This document shows, piece after piece, positions 26,895-36,711 of a DNA stretch of 53,802 bases. The DNA comes from a virus. Taxonomy: Duplodnaviria > Caudoviricetes. The stretch is from positions 1 through 53,802 of the IMG/VR virus record IMGVR_UViG_3300036985_003294; one strand, written 5' to 3'. Below the pieces are notes generated by a model. The model was not told the origin of the DNA, ran no database searches, and saw only the letters and a list, made by a program, of their open reading frames with translations. The position numbers and the translations under genes were made by a program. Position 1 is the stretch's first letter; each line of letters starts with the position of its first letter.

Positions 26895-29851
26895 TATTTA
26901 GTTCCTTCAATAAGTTGGCCTGTAGGTAATGCTAAATAAGTTCCTTTCTTTTCCTGATTGACAAAGTACTCACTTAGTTTCTCAGGTGATCTATTTCTTA
27001 AGTTGTGCTCAGATGGATGAAAGTAATATCGACCTTCATCTCCTTCTTGCCATTTACCACCCTGTGCATCAGCATTAGAGTATTTACTTTGTTCTGAAAA
27101 GGTAGGGTGGTTAGGTAGCTTATAAGTATCTGGATAATGATCTTCTTCCCCTACACGAGGTTTTATCTTTCCACTTTTAACAGCTGTCTTATACCCTTCC
27201 ATATCATAATCAGAATGAATTACTCCACCCTCTTTAAAACCTTCAGGCTTTTTTTTACCTACCTCTCCTCCTTTAGTCTGGGCTTGTCTTTGTGCTTGTC
27301 TCTCAGCTTGTTGATCCAGTCGTTGCCTTTCCGCTAAGAACTTAGCATGGTCATGCTGTTGGTTAGTTTGTTGTTTCTGATGTGAACGCTCACCTTCTTT
27401 AAGGGCCACATCTACACCCAACTTTGCAGCCATCTCATCTTGTTTAGCTTTAAGAGATGCTTGAGTATCTTGCATCTTAGATGAAATTTGAGCCCCTGCA
27501 ACTTGTTGTTGTGCACCAATACGCTCACGATCAACTTGTATCTTCATCGCTTCCAACTGAGCATCAGACTGGTCTTTAGCTACTTTACGTTGTAAGTCTT
27601 GAGCTTTAAGTTGTAGCTCTTGTTGTTGCATTTGTATCAGTGGGTCTTGTTGCTTCGCTTGATTAGCTTGAGCTTGAGCTTCTTGTTGATGCTGACCTGT
27701 TAATTGCTGTGAAGCTTGAGCTGCTAGTTTGGAAATTTGCACTTCCATATCTTCAGGAATAGTTACTTGATTATCAGTATCATCTTCACCGTAGCTAGGG
27801 ATATCCATACCCATAGCTTGCTCAATTTGTTTGCGATACTCATACCCTAAATGCTCACTTATATGCGCACCCATAGTTGCTTGCAATGCTGCTAGAGCTT
27901 GTGGGTTTTGACCCATAGCTTGTTGTAGCACTGCTTGAACTTTAGGGTCTTGCATTGCGGACATGTGTACAGCAATATGAGCTTGATGGTCTTGGTACAA
28001 GAACGCTTTAACAGGCTTACCTTTAAGAATGTTCTGATTTTCTGTAACTGGGTCACGAGGTTTCATATCATCTTCCATAGGTACTAGCTTTTGGTAATTA
28101 GGTATACCTAATACTTCCAGCATTTGTCTATGTAAAACAGGTAAGTTATAAAGTTGTGGAGCACCTTGTGCTAGTTGTAAGGCTGCTTGGTACTGCACGA
28201 CCTTTTGTGCCATTGTGGAGGCATTAGGGTCTGATACAGGAAGTACGTATACCAAATCATAGTCAGCTTTCTTAGCGCGTCTGCTACCTTCTGTAGGGTC
28301 ATAATCGTATTCATCAGGGGTATAGTCTCTTATAATGTTACGTAGTAAAATAAACTCTTGCTTCATCGAGTAGTGTATACGCGACTGCACTGCACTCATT
28401 ACTTTAAGCGTTCTCTCGAGTACAGCGAGTGTTGTACCAACAGGACTATTAGAGGACATATCAGAGACAGCAAGATCAGCAGCCCCAGCAAAACGGCGAC
28501 CTTCATCGACTATACTCCCTAGCAAAGTTAATAATGTTTGACTTGGTTCTTTGTACGGCAGTGGCATAAAGTTGTCACGCATTACACCAGATGGCACATC
28601 TACATCACGCCACTCACCCGGAGCAATGGGTGTATCGTCACCCTTTACTCTTAATCCTCTAGTTTTAAAGCCCCCCGGAAGATTACTGAGAGTACCCGCG
28701 TCAACCAGTTGACGAAGGATTGAAGTACTAGACTTGGCGAAAGCACCAATAAGATGAATAAGCCCAAAACAGTAAAAGCCAAAACCTGGCACATAGCCAT
28801 AGTGAACGAAGTGATTACGTTTTTTAGAAGATTCATCGTCAGGGTCCCAATTTCTACGAATTGACAGGATTGTGTTTGTGCCTTTTTCGATAGTAACCAC
28901 GTACGGCAACGCTATATCAGTTTTCTCACCTTCGTGATCTTCGTGCTCAAAACCTTCAAGATTAATCTCAACATGCATTTCTAACAGTTTAAACCGATCA
29001 TCCGTTGATGCTCTGAAACCAAGCTTATCAGCTATCTTCTTCTCAATATCATCCATAGTATTGGAAGGTTCACCCAAATCTACATCTCTATAAAAGCCTT
29101 CATACTGTAGTCTGCGTATTTCATTCTCAGTCTTACGCATTATGTGAGTTACACGTTCTGCACTCTGTAAGTCTGCTGCACCGTACGGTACAACGATGTC
29201 TTCAGCAGGTACATACATAGCAACTTGACGACCTAAGTACGGGTCGTAGTAAACTTTCTTAAAGGCATTACCTGCCAATCCTAGACCCCATAACATGCGC
29301 TCATGCTCTGGTCTGTATTCAGTCATCACATCGGTAAGCTGGTAGTTCATGTCGTCCTGAACACGCTGTGAGGCTTCTTTCTTCTCTTCTGTTTCCTTAC
29401 CTATGATCTGTGTTTTAACTGGGCCAGACGCAGGGAATGTTGCAGTAATAGTTTCTGCTTGGAACTTAATAACAGCCTCAGTTAATAGTGGATGATACAC
29501 ACCACATGCACCTTCCCAAGGTTCTGAGCGATCTTCCATCTTAAGACCCAGCAACTCAAGCCCATCAACATAAGTTTGAACCCAATCTTTTCTTGCGCTT
29601 ACATCAGACTCAAAATCATTAATAAGCTCAGAAGCAAGTGATTGTAGAACCGAGTCATCAATTTCTTCAGCCAAGTTAGCATTGAACTTTTCCTCATCAA
29701 CTTCTTTTTGGATTTTAAGAATTTCTTGTTCGCCTAAGCTAATCGTTACTGACTCAGGGTCTTCAATCTCAATCTCTAACGGCTCTTGATCTTCTTCTAT
29801 AGGTATAGCATCTATGCCCATCGGGGCTGGGTTTACACTTTTGTCTATCAT
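26894..29851 (-). CDS. Portal protein with C-terminal extra domain
   Basis: R.DW...Y..GL.LLG, PW.GA.GV.HP, FKKVYYD, LRQLVDAGTLSNLP.GFK, Q-rich barrel; follows terminase. Confidence 0.9.
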   Translation of the reverse strand: MIDKSVNPAPMGIDAIPIEEDQEPLEIEIEDPESVTISLGEQEILKIQKEVDEEKFNANLAEEIDDSVLQSLASELINDFESDVSARKDWVQTYVDGLELLGLKMEDRSEPWEGACGVYHPLLTEAVIKFQAETITATFPASGPVKTQIIGKETEEKKEASQRVQDDMNYQLTDVMTEYRPEHERMLWGLGLAGNAFKKVYYDPYLGRQVAMYVPAEDIVVPYGAADLQSAERVTHIMRKTENEIRRLQYEGFYRDVDLGEPSNTMDDIEKKIADKLGFRASTDDRFKLLEMHVEINLEGFEHEDHEGEKTDIALPYVVTIEKGTNTILSIRRNWDPDDESSKKRNHFVHYGYVPGFGFYCFGLIHLIGAFAKSSTSILRQLVDAGTLSNLPGGFKTRGLRVKGDDTPIAPGEWRDVDVPSGVMRDNFMPLPYKEPSQTLLTLLGSIVDEGRRFAGAADLAVSDMSSNSPVGTTLAVLERTLKVMSAVQSRIHYSMKQEFILLRNIIRDYTPDEYDYDPTEGSRRAKKADYDLVYVLPVSDPNASTMAQKVVQYQAALQLAQGAPQLYNLPVLHRQMLEVLGIPNYQKLVPMEDDMKPRDPVTENQNILKGKPVKAFLYQDHQAHIAVHMSAMQDPKVQAVLQQAMGQNPQALAALQATMGAHISEHLGYEYRKQIEQAMGMDIPSYGEDDTDNQVTIPEDMEVQISKLAAQASQQLTGQHQQEAQAQANQAKQQDPLIQMQQQELQLKAQDLQRKVAKDQSDAQLEAMKIQVDRERIGAQQQVAGAQISSKMQDTQASLKAKQDEMAAKLGVDVALKEGERSHQKQQTNQQHDHAKFLAERQRLDQQAERQAQRQAQTKGGEVGKKKPEGFKEGGVIHSDYDMEGYKTAVKSGKIKPRVGEEDHYPDTYKLPNHPTFSEQSKYSNADAQGGKWQEGDEGRYYFHPSEHNLRNRSPEKLSEYFVNQEKKGTYLALPTGQLIEGTK

Positions 29852-29976
29852 ATTAGGTCCTTACTTACAATTAAATCTTGGCGAGTGGCAGCTTCAATAT
29901 CAGGAACGTTCATAGCTACAATAGCTGCAAACATAAGTAATAATAAAGCTTTAATTAAATCAGGAGGGTACATCAT
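29848..29976 (-). CDS. Small membrane protein (42 aa)
   Basis: MMYPPDLIKALLLLMFAAIVAMNV...; ATGA overlap with portal start. Confidence 0.4.
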   Translation of the reverse strand: MMYPPDLIKALLLLMFAAIVAMNVPDIEAATRQDLIVSKDLI

Positions 29977-29981
29977 CTTGT

Positions 29982-30080
29982 TTAACAACTTGGAGTAATA
30001 AGGCTAAGAACATATACAGCGGCACCTAGTAGTACAGCACACCCTATAAATTCCATTAAACATTGTCTAAACATATTCAT
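29982..30080 (-). CDS. Small membrane protein (32 aa)
   Basis: MNMFRQCLMEFIGCAVLLGAAVYVLSLITPSC. Confidence 0.35.
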   Translation of the reverse strand: MNMFRQCLMEFIGCAVLLGAAVYVLSLITPSC

Positions 30081-30093
30081 AATTCTAATCTCT

Positions 30094-31626
30094 TTAATAA
30101 TAGGCTGCTTGTCTTGGTATAAATTCTTCATGCATCTCATTAGAGTCTAAACGCAAACTTAAAAAACCACCTTTACGGAATCTTGCCATCCCCATACTCA
30201 CACAGTCAACATAATCATCGTGTTGCCCTGCAGGGAATGATGCTACTTCTTCCATTACTTCATCTGCCCATCGGGTATTAGGGACCCATACTCGGCCTGA
30301 TGCAAATATATCTGCAACAGCGTTTAAGCGTGAAATCTTATCATTACCACGGGTCGGTGTAAAATCTGATACAGGTACGCCCATTGCTCGTAATTCGTAA
30401 ATTAAAGGGGCACCAGAGGCTTTCTTTTCTATAATCAAGGCATCAGGTTCCCAATACTTATATTCCTCTAATACGACTTCCTTGAGCCTAGGAAACTCCA
30501 TACGGTCGCGCTTTGCGTCCAGCATAATAATATTAGCTTGACTAACACCGTTTTCGTCAGGGTGATAGAACACACCCCATGTAATACATGCCGAATAATC
30601 GGCTCTATTATGTTTTTCAAACGCAGTATCCCACGTTTGAAGTACAAAATCGGTAGGAGGCGGGGTTTCTTTTTCCCATCGTTGCCACCATTCCCGTTTT
30701 ACGATAGCCCCTTCTTCAGAAGTTGGATTTTGCTGGTACTGAGCTTGCCATTTAGAGACGTCAATTGCGTTTCTAGTGGACTCTAGCTCCTCAATACTCC
30801 AAAATTCAGGCCATAATGGCTTACCTGACGGTAGAATAGCAGGTAATTCTACAACACGCCACTTATCCCCACCCCCTGCTAACTCCTTTTGTTTAACTTG
30901 TCCAGTTAAATCTCGCTTAGACCAGCGAGTCTGGATGATAATAATTGCCCCACCGGGTTGTAACCGCTGTCTTGGACCTGAGGTGTACCATTCGTACACC
31001 TTATCGTAAATCTCAGGGTTACTTGCTGCTATCGCAGCCTCTTGCTCCGAGTGTGGATCATCAATAATTAGTATATCCGCACCAATACCCGTTACAGCAC
31101 CGCTTACCCCGATCGCAAAGTAGTTACCACCCGCACTGGTGTTCCATCTACCAGCTGCCTTTGAGTCAGCCTGAAGCTCTACACCGGGGAACACTTCTTG
31201 ATACAATGGGTTAGACACTAAGTTTCGAACTTTACGTCCGAAGCCTACAGCAAGTTCGGATGTGTGCGAGCACTGTATGATCTTCTTTTTAGGATACTTG
31301 CCTAAGAACCATGCAGGGAGTAGGTACGACCCAAACTCTGACTTTGTGTGCCTCGGACCAAGGTTAATTATAAGCCGCTTATTCTTGCCGTTAACCACGT
31401 TCTCAAACTCTTGTGCCATTCTGGCGTGATGGCGCCCATAGATAAAATCAGGCCAGACCTTCTGTACAAATGCGAGGAAGTTTTCTTGTGCAAAGTCACG
31501 CTCGTGACGCTTACGCAATTCCTCAATCAAGGCTATAAGCTTTGCTCGTTCACTCGCAGGTGCAGAGTTAAGCGCAGCAGTGAGAAACTTTTCATCTAAA
31601 GAAATGTCACCTAAAGGTCCGCTCAC
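30094..31626 (-). CDS. terL: Terminase large subunit
   Basis: GPRHTKS Walker A, IIDDP Walker B, QTRW, WDTA, IEKKASG, HDDYVD nuclease motifs. Confidence 0.95.
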   Translation of the reverse strand: MSGPLGDISLDEKFLTAALNSAPASERAKLIALIEELRKRHERDFAQENFLAFVQKVWPDFIYGRHHARMAQEFENVVNGKNKRLIINLGPRHTKSEFGSYLLPAWFLGKYPKKKIIQCSHTSELAVGFGRKVRNLVSNPLYQEVFPGVELQADSKAAGRWNTSAGGNYFAIGVSGAVTGIGADILIIDDPHSEQEAAIAASNPEIYDKVYEWYTSGPRQRLQPGGAIIIIQTRWSKRDLTGQVKQKELAGGGDKWRVVELPAILPSGKPLWPEFWSIEELESTRNAIDVSKWQAQYQQNPTSEEGAIVKREWWQRWEKETPPPTDFVLQTWDTAFEKHNRADYSACITWGVFYHPDENGVSQANIIMLDAKRDRMEFPRLKEVVLEEYKYWEPDALIIEKKASGAPLIYELRAMGVPVSDFTPTRGNDKISRLNAVADIFASGRVWVPNTRWADEVMEEVASFPAGQHDDYVDCVSMGMARFRKGGFLSLRLDSNEMHEEFIPRQAAYY

Positions 31627-32093
31627 TCAGAGTCGTCCATCAGATCATCTTCTTCAATCTGATCAAATCCTCGCAGTTCTGCATCTGTGATTTCTTCCAC
31701 GACTTGCTTTTCAACTTTAGCGTAGTTCTTTAATAGGCCCCTGAGTTCAACCTCTAGATCAGATGTTGGTTTATCAGCTATAGCAATTTCTATTTTATTT
31801 GTAAATAGACCTATCTCTGTAACACGGCCTAGTGTCTCTAAGGTTTTGAGTTTAGTCTTTTCGTCTTCGCTTTCTTCTGCCAGTTTAAATAGGTTTGCCA
31901 ATATGAATTGGCGCATCTGATTGGTAGAATTAACTAATTGATAGTCGTAGCGAGCAAGTATGGACTCTAGCGCCACTTTCTCACTTAACATAGGGAGAGC
32001 GCCAGCTTGTGGTTCGCTCGTATATATTATTTTTGATTTATCATTAGAGTCAAAAATAACGTCTATTGGTTCTGAATTTATGTGTCTTGCCAT
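31623..32093 (-). CDS. Putative terminase small subunit
   Basis: Immediately upstream of terL; LKTLETLGRV.EIGLF helical motif. Confidence 0.55.
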   Translation of the reverse strand: MARHINSEPIDVIFDSNDKSKIIYTSEPQAGALPMLSEKVALESILARYDYQLVNSTNQMRQFILANLFKLAEESEDEKTKLKTLETLGRVTEIGLFTNKIEIAIADKPTSDLEVELRGLLKNYAKVEKQVVEEITDAELRGFDQIEEDDLMDDSE

Positions 32094-32255
32094 TCTGTCT
32101 ACAGGTTAGGTTGTAGTTTGTTTACTATTTGTACCATGTGTTTATTTTTTTTGCAAATATTATTTTTGGGCAGGTGTTTTATTTAAAGGGTGGGGGTGCT
32201 GTAGGGGTGTGAGGATTGGGTGTTGACTTTTTGTAAATATTATTTTAGATTTTGT

Positions 32256-32397
32256 AAAATAGAATTTGGATGAGCGGAATATATTATTTTTTAAAAAATG
32301 GAATTTGGCTGAGCGTAATGTATTAAATTTTGAAAAATGGAATTTGGCTGAGCGTAATGTATTAAATTTTGAAAAATGGAATTTGGCTGAGCGTAAT
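32256..32397. repeat. 39-bp tandem repeat, 4 copies (core AAAATGGAATTTGGCTGAGCGTAAT)
   Basis: Copies start at 32256, 32295, 32334, 32373; first copy degenerate. Confidence 0.9.
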
Positions 32398-32514
32398 AGT
32401 ATGTAAAACACCGGGGGTCATTGCTATAAAAACGGGGCTATGGGCTCACTACTTACAGCCTGTAACGTTATAACATCACACTGAAAATCTACGCTGTTAT
32501 AATATAACGTCACA

Positions 32515-32681
32515 TATCAACAGCTTATAGCTATGTTATAACATAACATAGGGTATTTGAGAATGTCCTTATAAATCAATAACTTATATTTGATCGCTAT
32601 TGAACGATAATATAAAAGGCATACAATACCATTCCCTTATACCTTATTGTGCCCTAGTGAGTAGGTTGTAAGCTATTGATT
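32515..32681. promoter_or_regulatory. Three IHF-consensus sites (WATCAANNNNTTR)
   Basis: 32515-32527 TATCAACAGCTTA; 32574-32586 AATCAATAACTTA; 32669-32681 reverse AATCAATAGCTTA. Confidence 0.6.
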
Positions 32682-32910
32682 TATAAGGGTATTATTGAAA
32701 ACCTAACGATCGTTCGGTTTTTGTCTGTGTTGTTGTCAGGCTTAAGCTGTGAGTTAATGAGCATGGGATAAAATCAGATTAACATCTAGTTAATTAATTT
32801 ATAGTTTAATGAAAATAAATGTATACATTATGTAAATTAGTGGTATACTTATTACAAGTTAATTAACTTCTGATTAGCTACTTAAACAACTAATTTACAA
32901 GGTGAATAAA

Positions 32911-33156
32911 ATGAAAAAAGATATTGAATACAATGGTTACAAATCATACAATTTTTGGAATCAATCATTATATATTAACAATGATCAAGACCTTTATGAG
33001 TTAGCAATTATGTGTATAAACAAACACAATAATACTAAGCTTGCCGTGTTAGTCTTTATTGATAATCTAAACTCATGCTATACACCAGATAATGTTTTAT
33101 GGACTAAGTGTGGTATTTATAGTGCTTTATTATCTTTAAAAAAGGATAGTATCTAA
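32911..33156 (+). CDS. Early hypothetical protein
   Basis: YNGYKSYNFWNQSLYINND.DLY motif; first ORF after a TGG-TATACT promoter. Confidence 0.55.
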   Translation: MKKDIEYNGYKSYNFWNQSLYINNDQDLYELAIMCINKHNNTKLAVLVFIDNLNSCYTPDNVLWTKCGIYSALLSLKKDSI

Positions 33157-33292
33157 TGAAAAATAACAAGTTTATATATCTGTTTGTAGTGCATTTATAA
33201 ATTAATCTTCGGTCATGGATGACCATTTTATTTTTAATAGTATTCAATTGAGTGCTATTAAAAATAATTTTAACTATTATCAAGGTGATAAA

Positions 33293-33493
33293 ATGAACGG
33301 TATATATACAATGTATAAAGATCAATATAATAATATTTTCTACTCTTCTACATTAAAAGAACTAAAAGAACAAGTAAAAGGTAAAGTTTCTAAAATGTAC
33401 AGCACCGATAAAGAAAATAACACTTTTCATGTGGGGTATGTAATCGGTGATCATTGGCTATTTGCATTTATACCACTTAGAAAAAAGTGTTAA
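33293..33493 (+). CDS. Early hypothetical protein
   Basis: AGGTG RBS; KVSKMY......HVGYVIG. Confidence 0.55.
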   Translation: MNGIYTMYKDQYNNIFYSSTLKELKEQVKGKVSKMYSTDKENNTFHVGYVIGDHWLFAFIPLRKKC

Positions 33494-33530
33494 CAATAAT
33501 AATTTAACTAATATACGAGGTATATAACTC

Positions 33531-34205
33531 ATGAGTAATTATGCACTAACTAAAGTTTCGAGTAATTCTAAAACCGGAAAAATACCAGTTACAGTGTCAA
33601 ACCGTGGAACCTGCCCGCCATCGTGCCCGCTGCTTAAAAATGGGTGTTATGCAGAAAGCTATTATACCCAGCTACACTGGGATAAAGTTACCAATGCAGA
33701 GCGTGGTACAAACTGGAACGAGTTTATCAACTCTATAAAATCATTACCTAAGCGAGTATTGTGGCGCCATAACGTATCAGGTGACCTTGTAGGCTCAAAC
33801 GATGTTATTGATGCTCCAGCATTGGCGCAACTAGTCCAAGCTAATAAAAACAAAAGTGGTTTTACTTATACTCATTATCCAATGGATAACTCTAACAATA
33901 TACAGGCCGTTAAAATGGCTAATAATGGCGGTTTTACTGTTAATTTATCAGCTAATAACATTGAACAAGCAGACCAATATAAAACTTTAGGTATTGCCCC
34001 CGTTGTTGTTGTTGTTGGCGAAGATTGCGACAAGGTAACCTTTACAGCAAACAATAATAAAATAGTAGTTTGTCCAGCGCAAACAAGCGACAAAGTTACT
34101 TGTTCATCTTGTGGTCTATGTCAAAAAAGTGATAGAGATTATATTATAGGGTTCAGAGTTCACGGCACATATACAAAAAAAGCTAAACTATCATTATCAA
34201 TCTAA
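33531..34205 (+). CDS. Cys-rich phage protein, GP88/radical-SAM-like
   Basis: CPPSCPLLKNGCY (CX3CX6C), RHNVSGD, FTYTH, CPAQ...CSSCGLC..GF..HG. Confidence 0.6.
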   Translation: MSNYALTKVSSNSKTGKIPVTVSNRGTCPPSCPLLKNGCYAESYYTQLHWDKVTNAERGTNWNEFINSIKSLPKRVLWRHNVSGDLVGSNDVIDAPALAQLVQANKNKSGFTYTHYPMDNSNNIQAVKMANNGGFTVNLSANNIEQADQYKTLGIAPVVVVVGEDCDKVTFTANNNKIVVCPAQTSDKVTCSSCGLCQKSDRDYIIGFRVHGTYTKKAKLSLSI

Positions 34206-34224
34206 TAAACAGGATATAAAACAA

Positions 34225-34455
34225 ATGAAAACAATTACAGCAAAAAAGATAATAGGTAACATGTTAGATAATAAAACCGTTAAATTAAGACGTTCCAACA
34301 TTGGCGCTATTAGTGAGAAAACATGGGATAGTATTACAGATATTTTATTTTCATATGGTTATAAATCAATAGCGGCATATCCTATTGATAATGGTTACCT
34401 AGAAATAAAACTAGATGATGATTTCATCTTAAGTAGTAAAATTATACTGTATTAA
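34225..34455 (+). CDS. Hypothetical protein
   Basis: 76 aa ORF with AGGA RBS. Confidence 0.5.
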   Translation: MKTITAKKIIGNMLDNKTVKLRRSNIGAISEKTWDSITDILFSYGYKSIAAYPIDNGYLEIKLDDDFILSSKIILY

Positions 34456-34478
34456 AACAAGTTTACACGTTAAATTTA

Positions 34479-34504
34479 AGGGCTATTTATTAGCCCTTTT
34501 TTTT
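34479..34504 (+). terminator. Intrinsic terminator
   Basis: AGGGCTA-TTTAT-TAGCCCT followed by a T run. Confidence 0.75.
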
Positions 34505-34740
<236 letters not shown>

Positions 34741-34756
34741 ATAATTATAAATATAT

Positions 34757-34815
34757 GTTGACATAGTGTAAACATACAGATTAAAATAGACCATGTTTTG
34801 AGATTGTCTCAAGAC
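34757..34815 (+). promoter_or_regulatory. Promoter with operator and leader hairpin, copy 1
   Basis: TTGACA-N18-TAAAAT; hairpin GTTTTGAGATTGTCTCAAGAC. Confidence 0.65.
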
Positions 34816-34838
34816 GATTAGATCACGAGGTGATAAAA

Positions 34839-35069
34839 ATGATTGATTTAAATAAAACCGATTGTGTTGTGGCTGGTGTTGATATGCAAGTATCTTTTAC
34901 CTATGAAGCACCGAGCGGTATTGATGCTATTTATGGTGAAGTTGGACTATATGAAATTCATAGTGTTGAATTGAATGGTATTGAATTAATTCTAGTCTTG
35001 AATGAAGAAACAATACAAACGATCGAAGACCAACTTGAAGACGGTCGCAATTGTGGTTTTGATTATTAA
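34839..35069 (+). CDS. Hypothetical acidic protein
   Basis: GAGGTG RBS; ORF track. Confidence 0.55.
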   Translation: MIDLNKTDCVVAGVDMQVSFTYEAPSGIDAIYGEVGLYEIHSVELNGIELILVLNEETIQTIEDQLEDGRNCGFDY

Positions 35070-35096
35070 AAACGATTAGAGCAAATTAAAATAATA

Positions 35097-35157
35097 GTTG
35101 ACATGAAGTAAACAAACTATGCTACAATTACACACGGTTTGAGATTGCCTTAAACCG
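35097..35157 (+). promoter_or_regulatory. Promoter with operator and leader hairpin, copy 2
   Basis: TTGACA...TGC-TACAAT; hairpin CGGTTTGAGATTGCCTTAAACCG. Confidence 0.65.
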
Positions 35158-35178
35158 ATTGAATCCCAAGGAGGATTG

Positions 35179-35370
35179 ATGAAAAAACTAATGTACACAA
35201 TCGAAAACAAAATTGATGACGAACGGTTTGACGCATTCGTATGGCAACCATTGTTCAAAACCAGAGAAGACGCACAGATCAACCTCAATCAATGGTTGAG
35301 CGGTATGGCTATGCAAGCTGGCATGGACTGTGATGAACGCAATTACAGAATAATTGAGGTGTTGAAATGA
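35179..35370 (+). CDS. Hypothetical protein
   Basis: AGGAGG RBS. Confidence 0.55.
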   Translation: MKKLMYTIENKIDDERFDAFVWQPLFKTREDAQINLNQWLSGMAMQAGMDCDERNYRIIEVLK

Positions 35371-35591
35371 GTAAACTTAGCTATACAGGCTTCTCACGAG
35401 CCAAATTCGAAGAGATCGTTTTAAGACATTACAGAAATGCATATGTAACAAGACGATTGTACACCGAGTATCAAGACGATAGAGTAAAACCGATTAACTT
35501 GACATTGTATTACAGCAATGTGGACGTTTTAAAACCTGTACATATTGCAACATGGCAAAAAAACAAAGCTTGGATGGAGGGCATAGCATGA
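35367..35591 (+). CDS. Hypothetical protein
   Basis: ATGA coupling. Confidence 0.5.
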   Translation: MSKLSYTGFSRAKFEEIVLRHYRNAYVTRRLYTEYQDDRVKPINLTLYYSNVDVLKPVHIATWQKNKAWMEGIA

Positions 35592-35860
35592 AATATTACA
35601 TAGCAGACATCATAGATGATTATTGTGGTCTTGAGTTCAGCACCTCAGTAATTGTAATGGCAACTGATAAAACGATTGACGAGAAATTAAAATTCTTATG
35701 CTCAACATGGTATAGCGAGGATCACCCTGTTTATGAGGGTGTAGCAGACGATGGGGTTTATGAGCAACCGAACGGCTGTATCACCTATGCAGGTGGCGTT
35801 AAAGAAATAACTGAAGAAACTTTCCATGACCTTTCACCATTTTTAGGATTAGCAAAATGA
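35588..35860 (+). CDS. Hypothetical protein
   Basis: GGAGG RBS before MKYYIAD; ATGA coupling. Confidence 0.5.
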   Translation: MKYYIADIIDDYCGLEFSTSVIVMATDKTIDEKLKFLCSTWYSEDHPVYEGVADDGVYEQPNGCITYAGGVKEITEETFHDLSPFLGLAK

Positions 35861-36108
35861 ACACATCAAACGTATTAGCATGTATCACAATTAGTATTCT
35901 TTTCGGCTTTGGTGTTGGATACGCAACAGGTCAGCAGGATAATGGTAAGGTTTTAATTCACAAGACTAGGAGTGGATCGTTCATCGTAGATGATACCGTA
36001 AACGTTATGGGTAAAGGCAAAGCTGAGGCTAAGATTTATGAAGTTCTTGAACTTCCAACCAACAAAAAATCATTCCAAAATGATAGCAACGAGATTGAAT
36101 TCAAATGA
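35857..36108 (+). CDS. Membrane-anchored hypothetical protein
   Basis: N-terminal TM segment. Confidence 0.5.
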   Translation: MNTSNVLACITISILFGFGVGYATGQQDNGKVLIHKTRSGSFIVDDTVNVMGKGKAEAKIYEVLELPTNKKSFQNDSNEIEFK

Positions 36109-36257
36109 AAAAATACAGAATAACACAGATAGTGGAAGAAACTTATTATATTGAAGCAGAAAATGAAGACGAGGCTATGGCACGAGTTTATTCAGGTGAG
36201 GCTGACCCATGCAACATTGAAGAGATTGGTATTATAATTATTGAGGTGACAGAATGA
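36105..36257 (+). CDS. Small hypothetical protein (50 aa)
   Basis: MKKYRITQIVEETYYIEAENEDEA...; ATGA coupling at both ends. Confidence 0.55.
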   Translation: MKKYRITQIVEETYYIEAENEDEAMARVYSGEADPCNIEEIGIIIIEVTE

Positions 36258-36475
36258 AAAAAGAAATAGATTACCGCTCAATAACGATTGATGAAGCTAT
36301 GGCATGGGTAGATAAGAATTGCTTTCATGAAGACGTACGAAAACGATTGAAGTCACGAGCAGTAGCATGGAGGATCGGCACGCATTTGTTAATAGCGATT
36401 AACTATGTGGCTGACTTAGAAAAACGAATAGCCGAACTTGAAGCTGAACTTGCAAACAAAAGGAAAAAGAAATGA
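36254..36475 (+). CDS. Hypothetical protein
   Basis: ORF track; GAGGTG RBS. Confidence 0.5.
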   Translation: MKKEIDYRSITIDEAMAWVDKNCFHEDVRKRLKSRAVAWRIGTHLLIAINYVADLEKRIAELEAELANKRKKK

Positions 36476-36711
36476 CTGCAACAATAATAAATAACAAAAC
36501 CCATACAAAAGTAAAGTTGCTAGGCGATATTCGTTGGTGTTACCTAGATGAATTCGGTCGTAAGGATCACATTACACTTAAAACTGAATCAAGTAAGTTG
36601 ATCACCAGAACTGCTCAGTATTATCAGATCGTAGCAGGAGAGGTTAAAATCTACATTACTTACAAAGGTGATGGTGTTCTTGTTACAGAGGATTACATAC
36701 TAGACGATTAA
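36472..36711 (+). CDS. Hypothetical protein
   Basis: ORF track. Confidence 0.5.
   Translation: MTATIINNKTHTKVKLLGDIRWCYLDEFGRKDHITLKTESSKLITRTAQYYQIVAGEVKIYITYKGDGVLVTEDYILDD

Noticed and set aside
29982-30080. Frameshifted Cys-rich peptide
   Set aside because: Re-reading shows one intact hydrophobic ORF
3255-31599. Many plus-strand ORFs antisense to structural genes (e.g. 3255, 12802, 16156, 18419, 18833, 23333)
   Set aside because: Shadow ORFs caused by codon bias; no motifs or RBS
32256-32397. Possible mini CRISPR array
   Set aside because: Intervening 14-bp segments are too short and mostly identical; this is a plain tandem repeat
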